From positions 144,780,236 to 144,844,235 of the forward strand of contig NC_068981.1 of assembly GCF_001194135.2 (NCBI RefSeq): a stretch of 64,000 bases of DNA, read 5' to 3'. Below, piece after piece: positions 1 through 10,722 of this stretch; position 1 is the stretch's first letter, and each line of letters opens with the position of its first letter. The DNA comes from Octopus bimaculoides (taxonomy: Eukaryota). The notes beneath the pieces are model-generated. The model saw nothing but the letters and a program-made list of their open reading frames with translations. It did not search any database and was not told where the DNA came from. A program made the position numbers and the translations under genes.

Positions 1-37
<37 letters not shown>

Positions 38-426
38 ACATACACATGATAATACATGCATATGTGTGTGTATAAATAAGGAGCCGTTTTTTCCTGCAAA
101 CGTGTTATATTAGTCACGTTTGTGTTCGAGTTCATATAGGAAATTCGCCTTTCTATATGGTTTTCTATTTGATTTGCGAGATTCTCCAAGTGACATCGTG
201 TGTCAAAACAAACGAAAGCAGAACTTGGATCCAGTCGAGTGTCGCGGGTCACTGGAATGTTTTCTAACAGCTAAAAGAACTATGACGAACAAAAACCGAT
301 CGATTCTTTAGCCTATACGTTGAACAAACTATCGATTCGTTAGTTGATTAGACATGTAGCTAATTGACTAATAATAAAGAAGTGGAATTGAACCTGTGCT
401 TGTGTTATTATTATTGGCTTAATAGT

Positions 427-512
427 AAGGCGACGAGCTGGCAGAACCGTTAACATGCCGGTCGAAATATTTAGCGGTATTTTGTCTGCCGCAGCGTTCT
501 TAGATCAAATTC
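427..512 (+). mobile_element. SINE family B (tRNA-like head, ggcgagctggcagaa...), 5' fragment
   Basis: Matches the head of the family B copies at 8662, 49694 and 60163; truncated after the B-box-like caaattcc. Confidence 0.7.
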
Positions 513-548
513 CACAGTTCAAATTTTCTTGTTCTGTACTTTACCTGA

Positions 549-606
549 TGTAATAAGTTGTCCTGAAATTTTCCAAGTGTAATAACTTGTCCTGTAATTT
601 TCCAGG
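549..606. repeat. 29-bp tandem duplication (2 copies)
   Basis: tgtaataagttgtcctgaaattttccaag followed by tgtaataacttgtcctgtaattttccagg. Confidence 0.85.
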
Positions 607-663
607 TTTACAATCTTAAGAATATTATTTGTCTTGCTCGCATTTTTCCATGTAATATGTGTT

Positions 664-713
<50 letters not shown>

Positions 714-792
714 CATAATAGAGAAAAATATATTTGATTATTAATGTAATGTATTGTATGTATCTCTCTCTCTCTCTCTCTCTCTCACTCTG

Positions 793-838
<46 letters not shown>

Positions 839-1204
839 TGATTGTAAACATTCAATTCAACAGATTAATACATGATGGCATAACGTTCACGATAACTGAG
901 GATTAAGTTGATTCTTTTTTTCTTTTACAAAGAAACCTTCAATATAATATACACTCACACGCAATATAAAATTACGGAATTATAATAAGGAATAAATTAC
1001 TTAATTTATCTTTTGTGAGTGTAGATGAAAAGCATTTTGCCGTAGCCATTAGGATAAAATAGGAGATTATATCCTGAGGTAGGGGGGAAGGTTAAACTAC
1101 GATCTTGAGTCACTTCTGAAATTGCACAAATGAATGTCTATTGTCAGGTACAATCCAACGTTCAAAAGACGTCTTCACATAATGGCTACTTTTACCTTTC
1201 ACTT

Positions 1205-1440
1205 TTTATTTGTTTCAATCATTAGAGCGTGCCCATGTTGGGGCACCACCCGGAATTTTTAGTCGTATGAATGTACTCCTGTACTTACTTTTTTAAGCCT
1301 GGTACTTACTCTATAGTTCTTCTTCAGTTTCCGACTACCAAACCCAATCAAAAGGCTTTAGTCGGCCCGAAGTTATAATAAAAACACTTGCGTAAGGGGA
1401 AACGCAATTAGAAGGAACCCGGACCGCGTAGTTGGGAAGC
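1205..1440 (-). mobile_element. SINE family A (CORE-like tRNA SINE), decayed and internally deleted
   Basis: Reverse complement aligns by eye to both halves of the 4926-5363 copy. Confidence 0.7.
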
Positions 1441-1822
1441 AACAAAAGTCTAAGCGAATGTGACAGATATCAATTTAAAGCTGTATTCTGAGCAGAACAT
1501 TTTGTTTATATGTATAAGTGGATTAAGGTTTGCTGATATAGTGAGGAACCTTGAGCCAGCGTTTGTCACAAGAGGATATAGTTGATGAAGCAAAGAATTT
1601 CAAATTGTCATCCAGGAAACTAAGAAACTGAAGCTATTCGACGCTTAGCCGTTGCGATATTTGTTCTTTACCAAGTTACATAACTCCTTTATCTCTCTCT
1701 GCGTTAGAAGTAAAATGAACCAGTAATTATTCTGCAGGAATAGCTTCATGCTTTCCTGTGCAAAGCAGAGGGGCCGGATCATCTTGAACTGAAAAGATTG
1801 TGTGTGTGTGTGTGTGTGTATG

Positions 1823-1862
<40 letters not shown>

Positions 1863-1865
<3 letters not shown>

Positions 1866-2228
1866 ATTAGCTTCTAGTTATTGATTTCAAAATTTTTGAC
1901 GTAGTCAGGCTAATATTTGACAATACGTGTGTGTGCTTGCGTTCCTAACAAGATGTATGTATTATACATATATTTACTTATATACACACATGTGCACACT
2001 CACACGCATAAAGTGAGTCTGTGTATATATACATACATGCATGCATGCATGCATACATACATACATACATACATACATACATACATACATACATACACAC
2101 ATATATACATACATACATACATACATACATACATACATTTTGTTAGGAACACAAGCACACACGCGTATTGTCAAATATTAGCCTGACTACGTCAAAAATC
2201 TTGAAATCAATAATTAGAAGCTAATACA
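1863..2228. repeat. Fold-back inverted repeat: 98-bp arms around a (TACA)n-rich spacer
   Basis: 1863-1960 versus the reverse complement of 2131-2228: 98 bp, 5 mismatches (all transitions), no indels. Confidence 0.95.
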
Positions 2229-2489
2229 TATATTTTCTAAAAAGATTCAAAGAAGACTTTGAATTACATCAAAATATAAATCAAAAGCTGTAGATGTTTT
2301 GTGGATCTTTTTTAAAGAAAACAAGCTTGCAAATCACATGCATACATACAAACATACTTGCAAAGTAATATTTCCCACTGTCTACACATATTTTCATGTT
2401 GATGTGCATTGACATGTGTTATGTTATATGAAGACACACACATATTCGCACAGAGGACAACGTTCTTTCAGTTTGAAGCTGTAAAGTTC

Positions 2490-2558
<69 letters not shown>

Positions 2559-3182
2559 CCCATACAAATTGAATGTGTGTGTGTTTGGGTGTGTGTATGT
2601 GTTGGGTGGTTGTGTATATGTGTTTGTGCGTATGTGCGTACGTATGTATGTGTGTATGTATGTATGTATGCATGCATCAATGAATGTATGCTGTTGTATT
2701 TTTGTGTCTACTCACAGATACTTAACATCTGGTGTGGTTTTGTTTATATCCCGCTAACCTAGCTGTTTAGCACAGAAACCGATGAAATGTGTACCAGTTT
2801 TGTTTTGTTTTATTAAGACCTTGGGCTAATTTATTCGACTAAAACTTTCATGGGCTTATCTCCGTGCATGGCCTTAGTTAATGATCGGAACATGCAAAAC
2901 ATAAATTCTCTATTTAATTGTACTTATCCGCTTTCATACCAGCAGACTAACCCTTGATAGCAGGGGTATGTTCATGAGTAGAAGTCTCATGATCTCCGTA
3001 TATCATGTCTCGTGAGGTGATGAATCTTCATTTGTAAAGTTCCGCCCAGGTTGTGGGGCTTTACAAATTTTCTATTATTATTTATTATGACCAGCAGTTA
3101 CTTCCTTGTCCACGGTATTGAGGGTATGAAGGAGAAAGGCAAAGACACGTACATCTTTGACACTGATATCGTCGTGGGTGTT

Positions 3183-3216
3183 GCCAACTGGTGCTGCCAA
3201 CTGGTGCTGCCAACTG
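3183..3216. repeat. 13-bp tandem repeat gccaactggtgct, ~2.6 copies
   Basis: gccaactggtgct gccaactggtgct gccaactg. Confidence 0.85.
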
Positions 3217-4089
3217 ACGTAAACTCCCGAACAAAAAATACTGTAGAACATTCTGTCAGACTTCCTAAAAATTCCCCAGTTCACCGCCATTATTTATCGA
3301 AACTGAAAACAATTAAAAGGAAAGTAGGCGACCGTGAGATTTGAAGTCATTCGGTGACCGTGATATTTGATGTCAGAATGATTTCAATCTGACGGAACAA
3401 ACAAGGCAATGCATTCTATTTTTGATACTATAACACCTCTACCAACTCAATGCATTTAAAGGTATTTTTTTAATTTATTATTTCTATATTTATTAAAGAA
3501 GTATTTGATAGTATATAAAACAAAAGTATTCAAGGCTACTTTTGTCATCACGATAGATATCTTAACACTTAACTGTACTTTAATATTCAGTCAGTAGTGG
3601 TATGCTCCCTGAGCAAACATGTTCTACAAAATATTACAGAAGAGAACTGAAACCATTAAATTAAATGTTGACAGGATACAAATAAACAATTACGTATCTC
3701 CGGTACCGTACCGAAAGTTATTTTTGTCAGAATTTTATTGTACATGAGGTATTTCGATAAACACTTTTCATTCAGATCAGCACTTCTAATTAAAATATAA
3801 GTAGTTCTCACAGTAAGTAAACATTTTATTATAAAAGGAACGCGAAATTTGTCAGGAAACATGTTAGGTGTGCTCTATAATTTAGCATCTGTCACTAGCA
3901 TAGACTGGAAATTACTTAGCTGGATCAACTTAACCCGTCAAAACGATTACACACTTGTCTGAGCCAGAACGAATTGAAATACTTACTCAGATAAAGATAC
4001 AGCCACTAGAAGCACCTATTGCATAACAACTGTCAACAGCTCTAAAAAGGGGAAAATTTGATGACAATAAGTTAGTTACGTGTGTGTGT

Positions 4090-4123
<34 letters not shown>

Positions 4124-4489
4124 TTGCGTGCGTGTGTAAGTGTGTGTTCGTGTGTGTGCGTGTGTTCGTGTATGTGCGTGTGACTATATGTAAAACCATT
4201 TCGATAGACAAATCGTTGCCCTGAGCGACAACCAGGCGAATTGGAGGTCTCTTATCATGTTGCTTCAAATATAATTGCTTCGATGGCCTTGATGAAACCG
4301 TTGTCCATTTATTGGTGACACCAGTTTCCATGACTTACTGGAAACATGTATACATTATACCTTAGTTATTGATGATACATAATGAAATGCCACGAGCGCA
4401 ATAGAGTAAGCTCAATCTTAATTCGCGTTTCCTTCATAACAAATTCTAAACGTAATTCTAATTTGCCACAAAATAGTCTGCTGTCATTC

Positions 4490-4740
4490 TACAGCACCAC
4501 CTTGAATTTTTAGTCCAGTGACTCCATTACTTCTTTTTTACTTATTTTATCGGTATGTTTTGCCGAACAACTAGGCTATGAGAAGGCAAACACACCAACA
4601 GCGGTTGTCAAGAGGAGGTGGTGAGACAAACACACAAAAAAAAGACATGCACACATAGATAGATATATATGTACATAGATAGGACTGAACTCGGCACCAT
4701 GTAGTTGGGAAGCAAGCTTCCTCCTATACACCCATGTCTG
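4490..4740 (-). mobile_element. SINE family A, decayed
   Basis: gactgaactcggcaccatgtagttgggaagcaagcttc is the reverse complement of the family A head; the 3' half is also present. Confidence 0.7.
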
Positions 4741-4925
4741 TGCTTATACATGTGTGTGTGTGCGCGCACCTGTGTGTATGTATGCCTTTGTATTTGCTCC
4801 TGCCCCCCCCCACTACTGTTGGACATAAGGTGTGGGTTCTTTTATATCCCAGAAGAATACCTGTTCGGCATCTACAACCGATAAACTATGAACAAGATTT
4901 TTGAAAAAATTAATTTTAGATAGTA

Positions 4926-5085
4926 CGCAGGAGTGGCTGTGTGGTAAGTAGCTTGCTTACCAACCACATGGTTCCGGGTTAAGTCCCACTGCGTGGTATC
5001 TTGGGCAAGTGTCTTCTATTATAGCCTCGGGCCGACCAAAGCCTTGTGAGTGGATTTTGTAGGCGGAAACTGAAAGAAGCCCGTA

Positions 5086-5166
<81 letters not shown>

Positions 5167-5363
5167 TGTGTCCGTGTTTGTCCCCCTAGCATTGCTTGAC
5201 AACCGATGCTGGTGTGTTTATGTCCCCATCACTTAGCGGTTCGGCAAAAGAGGATGATAGAATAAGTACTGAGCTTACAAAGAATAAGTCCCGGGGTTGA
5301 TTTGCGCGACTAAAGGCGGTGCTCCAGCATGGCTGCAGTCAAATGACTGAAACAAATAAAAGA
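4926..5363 (+). mobile_element. SINE family A, near full length (tRNA head, CORE-like segment, internal (TG)n, 3' half)
   Basis: A-box-like tggctgtgtgg, B-box-like ggttaagtcc, tcttgggcaagtgtctt (resembles the MIR/CORE ccttgggcaagt motif), internal microsatellite, and a 3' half ending aaatgactgaaacaaataaaaga. Many other copies in the window. Confidence 0.9.
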
Positions 5364-5624
5364 TATTAACGAATCATTACATTTGACATGCTTCCTTAAT
5401 TCTATATGATAAGCATCTTGAAATTTTAGACAGCCTTTCTTCTGCAGCACCACCTCCAACTTTTGGAGCTAGTAGTACCATATCTACTCAGGTACCAACT
5501 CACTTCTCTCTCTGGCACTCAACACCCCTATCTGTCTACTTTCCCAGGCTCTGTATTGTTTTACTTGGTCCTTAATCCCCAGGGTGTCAACCCTCTGCAA
5601 TTGTCTCTTCACATTAACCGCCTT

Positions 5625-5847
5625 AATCTTTTCAGTTTTTGCTTGTTCCAGTTCATTAGTTTCCGGCCAAGCTGGGGCACTGAAGAATTTTGGGATGAAC
5701 GAATTGACCCCAGTACCTTTTTTTAAGCATATCACTTCTTTCTATTCTTTTACCGAACCGACAAGATACGGGGACGTAAACACGCCAGCGCCGATTGTCA
5801 AGCGGTGATGGGGAACAAACACAGGCACGCACGTGCAGGTATATATA
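5625..5847 (-). mobile_element. SINE family A, 3' half (remainder lost in N-gap)
   Basis: Reverse complement of the 5165-5363 region. Confidence 0.8.
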
Positions 5848-6828
5848 NNNNNNNNNNNNNNNNNNNNNNNNNNNNNNNNNNNNNNNNNNNNNNNNNNNNN
5901 NNNNNNNNNNNNNNNNNNNNNNNNNNNNNNNNNNNNNNNNNNNNNNNNNNNNNNNNNNNNNNNNNNNNNNNNNNNNNNNNNNNNNNNNNNNNNNNNNNNN
6001 NNNNNNNNNNNNNNNNNNNNNNNNNNNNNNNNNNNNNNNNNNNNNNNNNNNNNNNNNNNNNNNNNNNNNNNNNNNNNNNNNNNNNNNNNNNNNNNNNNNN
6101 NNNNNNNNNNNNNNNNNNNNNNNNNNNNNNNNNNNNNNNNNNNNNNNNNNNNNNNNNNNNNNNNNNNNNNNNNNNNNNNNNNNNNNNNNNNNNNNNNNNN
6201 NNNNNNNNNNNNNNNNNNNNNNNNNNNNNNNNNNNNNNNNNNNNNNNNNNNNNNNNNNNNNNNNNNNNNNNNNNNNNNNNNNNNNNNNNNNNNNNNNNNN
6301 NNNNNNNNNNNNNNNNNNNNNNNNNNNNNNNNNNNNNNNNNNNNNNNNNNNNNNNNNNNNNNNNNNNNNNNNNNNNNNNNNNNNNNNNNNNNNNNNNNNN
6401 NNNNNNNNNNNNNNNNNNNNNNNNNNNNNNNNNNNNNNNNNNNNNNNNNNNNNNNNNNNNNNNNNNNNNNNNNNNNNNNNNNNNNNNNNNNNNNNNNNNN
6501 NNNNNNNNNNNNNNNNNNNNNNNNNNNNNNNNNNNNNNNNNNNNNNNNNNNNNNNNNNNNNNNNNNNNNNNNNNNNNNNNNNNNNNNNNNNNNNNNNNNN
6601 NNNNNNNNNNNNNNNNNNNNNNNNNNNNNNNNNNNNNNNNNNNNNNNNNNNNNNNNNNNNNNNNNNNNNNNNNNNNNNNNNNNNNNNNNNNNNNNNNNNN
6701 NNNNNNNNNNNNNNNNNNNNNNNNNNNNNNNNNNNNNNNNNNNNNNNNNNNNNNNNNNNNNNNNNNNNNNNNNNNNNNNNNNNNNNNNNNNNNNNNNNNN
6801 NNNNNNNNNNNNNNNNNNNNNNNNNNNN

Positions 6829-6861
<33 letters not shown>

Positions 6862-6939
6862 TTAAACAGGACGTCAAGCATTAAGGCAAGGCAAATATCT
6901 CAAGTCATATACAATGTTATTATAGGAAGAAATTCAAAA

Positions 6940-6993
6940 CCTTACAGCTGTTTCTGAGATATATCTGAGTATGGGTTATTCCGTCATCAGAGA
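6940..6993 (-). ncRNA. Minimal type I hammerhead ribozyme (weakened stem II)
   Basis: Minus strand reads TCT CTGATGA C GGAATAACCCATACTCAGATATATCTC A GAAAC AGCT GTA AGG. Confidence 0.65.
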
Positions 6994-7506
6994 CAAATAG
7001 GGGAAAGAATATGGAAAATAAGAATGGTATATATCAATAAGATGACAACATAGAGGACGGAAGTAAAAGAATAAGAAGATGAAAGCAGAAAAGAAAAAGG
7101 AAGCATAAAAGTTCATAGTTCAACTTTCCGAAGAAACCAAAGACTGAGTCCTTAGGTGCAATCCTGCGTAAATCCATTAACGTAAGTCTTTAGGTGCATC
7201 CCTGTGTATATCTATGTGGGTTAAAGTCCTGATATAGTAGACATCCCAAGAAAAAGACGCGAACATATTAACGTTCAATAACAGAATGGTAGCGGAGGTG
7301 GCTATTAATTGGTAAAAGTAAAGAAAAGCTCTACGCAGGATTGCACCTAAGGACTGATGCTTTGGTTTCTTCGGAAAGTTGAACTACGAACTTTTATATT
7401 TCTTTTTTTCTTTTCTCTTTCTATATCCTTATTCTTTTACTCTCTTCTTCTATGTTGTCATCTAATTGATATATACATTCTCATTTTCCATATTTTCTCC
7501 AATTTG

Positions 7507-7560
7507 TCTCTGATGACGGAATATCCCATACTCGGGGATATCCCAGAAACAGCTGTAAGG
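7507..7560 (+). ncRNA. Minimal type I hammerhead ribozyme with palindromic stem III
   Basis: Stem I TCT(7507-09)/AGG(7558-60); core CTGATGA 7510-16; stem II GGAATATCCC/GGGATATCCC (9 of 10 pairs); GAAAC 7546-50; palindrome ACAGCTGT; GUA cleavage triplet 7555-57. Confidence 0.8.
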
Positions 7561-7829
7561 ATTTTGAATTTATTCCTATAATAATATTGCATATGACTTG
7601 AGATGTTTGCCTTGCCTCAATGTTTGACGTCCTGTTTAACAATTATATATCCGCTACATCGGAAATCTGCAATGGCTCCATAACTGCCGTCTCGGCTATA
7701 ACCTTGGACCACCAGTAATCCGTTACAGCACTTACCTAGCGTACCCAATCGTTTAGATCACCTGTGAACTAAACCCCCATACTTTGTGTGCATATATATA
7801 TGTGTGTGTGCGCGTGTGTGTAAGTATGT

Positions 7830-7990
7830 ATATATATATATTCCACGGACGTCTTACAGTTTTCGTCTATCATATCCACTCAAAAGGATTAGGTCGGCAT
7901 GAAATGAAAACATCTGACCAAGGTGCCACGCAGTGGGACTGAACCCGGTACCTTGTGAATGGGAAGCAAACTTTTAACTACAAACTAACG
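7830..7990 (-). mobile_element. SINE family A, 5' half
   Basis: ccaaggtgccacgcagtgggactgaacccgg is the reverse complement of the head and CORE-like region. Confidence 0.8.
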
Positions 7991-8419
7991 CCTACGCCTA
8001 GAACAATAATTTTTCAAAAAGTAACATATCATTTGGCTAAAGATGTTAACCTCCAATCTCTATTTAGTTTTAACTTATTATTAAAATGCGACTGACACTT
8101 TAACACGAACATAAATTTATAGCGGTTATGTTCGTTGAACTTAAACTGTTTCTAGTTGGTCCAGATGAACCGTTTCTAATTTTTTCTTTGAAATAGTCTT
8201 TGCCAGAAAAAAAAATGAAACCTATTCTGGTGAGTGCTTTTGAAACTGCCTGTGATTAGTTCAAATGAAACCGTTTCTAATTGGTTTAATTAAAACCGTC
8301 TCTGCTGATTTGATCGGTTCAACTGAATGCTTTTCTGATTAGAGTAATTGAAATTTTTATCAGATTGGCTCAATTGAATCCTGTTTTGATTTTTACTACC
8401 ATAATTTTTAGAATATTTA

Positions 8420-8638
8420 ATATTGGTTTTAAATTTTGGCATAAGGGCAACAAGTTCGAGAAAGGATTAAGTCGATTTCAACGACAACCATGTTCAACAG
8501 GTACTTATTTTATCGAGTCCGAAAGGATGAAAGCAAAGTCGACCTCGGCGGTATTCCAACTCAACGTAAAGATAGAAGAAATGCCGCTAAGCCTTTTCTC
8601 CAGCGTGTTTACGACTCTGCTAGATCTTTGCCTTTAAC
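8420..8638 (-). mobile_element. SINE family B (Meta-domain-like central region)
   Basis: ggtacttattttatcgagtccgaaaggatgaaagcaaagtcgacctcggcgg is the reverse complement of the family B core. Confidence 0.85.
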
Positions 8639-8661
8639 ATGTTTAATATTATAAATCAGAA

Positions 8662-8853
8662 AATGTCGGTTAACTGACAGAACTGTTTGCACGCCGGGCT
8701 TTTCGTCCATCTTTACGTTCTGAGTTCAAATTCTACCGAGGTCGACTTTGTCTTTCATCCTTTCTCCCTTGATAAAATAAGTACTAGTTGAGCACTGGGG
8801 TCGATGTAACGGACCTACTTCCATCCCCGAAATTGCTGTCCTTGTTCCAGAAT
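8662..8853 (+). mobile_element. SINE family B, head-to-head with the preceding copy
   Basis: gttctgagttcaaattctaccgaggtcgactttgtctttcatcc...gataaaataagtact. Confidence 0.85.
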
Positions 8854-9594
8854 NNNNNNNNNNNNNNNNNNNNNNNNNNNNNNNNNNNNNNNNNNNNNNN
8901 NNNNNNNNNNNNNNNNNNNNNNNNNNNNNNNNNNNNNNNNNNNNNNNNNNNNNNNNNNNNNNNNNNNNNNNNNNNNNNNNNNNNNNNNNNNNNNNNNNNN
9001 NNNNNNNNNNNNNNNNNNNNNNNNNNNNNNNNNNNNNNNNNNNNNNNNNNNNNNNNNNNNNNNNNNNNNNNNNNNNNNNNNNNNNNNNNNNNNNNNNNNN
9101 NNNNNNNNNNNNNNNNNNNNNNNACTTTCAAAATCTCTTTCATCTATTCTCATATACTTTTGGGAATGCTTTCACATCGGAAAAGAAAAGAGGAATTTTT
9201 CAAACGGGGATTCTAAGATTACAGTGAAGGTGAATGCTGATTTCACTTATTAACATATTAAAAATTAAATATTGATTTTTGATAAACAAAACAACAAGAA
9301 AGCTGCGGAGCACCACAGAACATTTCCAACAAAGATTTTCTCTTGCAAAAAGAAAAAAATCAGTTAATAAGGAATAACTTTAAATTGAATATAAAACAAA
9401 ATCTCGCAACCAGACTAAGAATGAAAGTAAGTCGTATGAATTTTCGTAGATATCGTCTGCAGAAATTTAACGTAGGAAGGTCAAAAATGCATTAGTAGCT
9501 TTCTTACATACCTAGAGATGGCCGGGGTCAGTATATTCCTCTCCTCCAAACACCTGTATATTAACGCTAAAGAAGTAAGGACTTATTTTTTTAT

Positions 9595-9729
9595 TTACCT
9601 ATTTCAGTCATTTGACTTTTTAAGCCTAGTAATTATTCAATCGGTCTCTTTTCACGAACCACTAGGTTACGGGAATTTAAATGCACCAGTTGTCAAGCGG
9701 TCATAGGGGACAGACGCAAACACACACAC

Positions 9730-9766
<37 letters not shown>

Positions 9767-9922
9767 TATATATATACGACGGCTTCTTTCAGTTTCCGTC
9801 TATCAGATCCACTCAGAAGGCTTTGGTTAGCCCGAGGCAATACTAGAAGCCACTTCCCCAAGTGGGACTGAACCCGGAAACTTGTGGTTGGGAAGCAACC
9901 TTCTTACCACACAGCCACGCCT
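9595..9922 (-). mobile_element. SINE family A with internal (TA)n
   Basis: Both halves align to the reverse complement of 4926-5363. Confidence 0.85.
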
Positions 9923-10274
9923 ATATGTATGTGGGTGTGCTAATGCGAGTCATGGAATTCTTTCGATTGCTAATTACTCATCCATGATCACGGGTCCTAT
10001 AGACAAATGTGCTGTCGGTCAACTGACGGGTTTCCCAGACAAAGATTCATAAAAGTGTAATTTGTTATGCGAATTTGGATGAAGTCCAGAGACAAAGTAT
10101 TTTTTATATATCCCATTTCATTCCCTACTACCATCCTGATTTCCAGCGATAGTAGCATTTCCGCTCTGTTCAGGGCTTCAGGATCCTACCGTGACCGCAA
10201 ATTGAGGACTCGATGGCTGAGAGATATCATTTCCCGAAGACTTTCTCCAGGTAATTCTGGACCGAAGTTTGGAG

Positions 10275-10474
10275 CCTCGGGCCGACCAAAGCCTTGTGAG
10301 TGGATTTGGTAGACGGAAACTGAAAGAAGCCCGTCGTATATATATATATATATATATATATTAATAGTTATCGCCAAGTCAACATGGCAGTCCCAAAAAT
10401 AGGACGAATGCTGCCGTTGATTAGCTCCAAGAGGCCATCGCCTCTAGCTAGCTATGTGACACACAAACCTGTGT

Positions 10475-10511
<37 letters not shown>

Positions 10512-10722
10512 GTATGTATATGTTTGTATGTCTGTTTGTCTCCCACACCATTGCTTGGCAACCAATGTCGGGGCGTTTACTTCCCCATAACTTGGCGGTT
10601 CGGCAAAAGAACCCGATAGAACAAGTACTAAGCTTACAAAGAATAAGTTCTGGGATCTATCTGTTCGACTAAAGGCAGCGCTCCAGCATGGCCGCAGTCA
10701 AATGACTGAAACAAATAAAAGA
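10275..10722 (+). mobile_element. SINE family A (5'-truncated) with a ~110-bp unrelated segment inside its (TA)n
   Basis: gcctcgggccgaccaaagcc...gaagcccgtcg, (TA)n, insert ~10368-10476, (TA)n, then the family A 3' half. Confidence 0.8.

Larger units (their letters stand above)
6851..7650. mobile_element. Long inverted repeat (arms 6851-7170 and 7332-7650, 161-bp spacer); Penelope-like pLTR pair, each arm carrying a hammerhead
   Basis: Arms align along their full length (ttaaacaggacgtcaa/ttgacgtcctgtttaa; tttccgaagaaaccaaag/ctttggtttcttcggaaa). Each has a pyrimidine-rich tract followed by a minimal hammerhead motif. The PLE assignment is inferred from the known association of minimal hammerheads with PLE pLTRs. 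Confidence 0.8.

Noticed and set aside
3051-3344. 97-codon ORF with a signal-peptide-like start
   Set aside because: It starts at TTG, contains a 13-bp tandem duplication, and has no recognisable domain or convincing splice pair.
5742-6884. Long ORFs in the supplied track (also at 10.7k, 13.2k, 20.3k, 30.5k, 54.2k and 55.9k)
   Set aside because: They are open only because they run through N-gaps.
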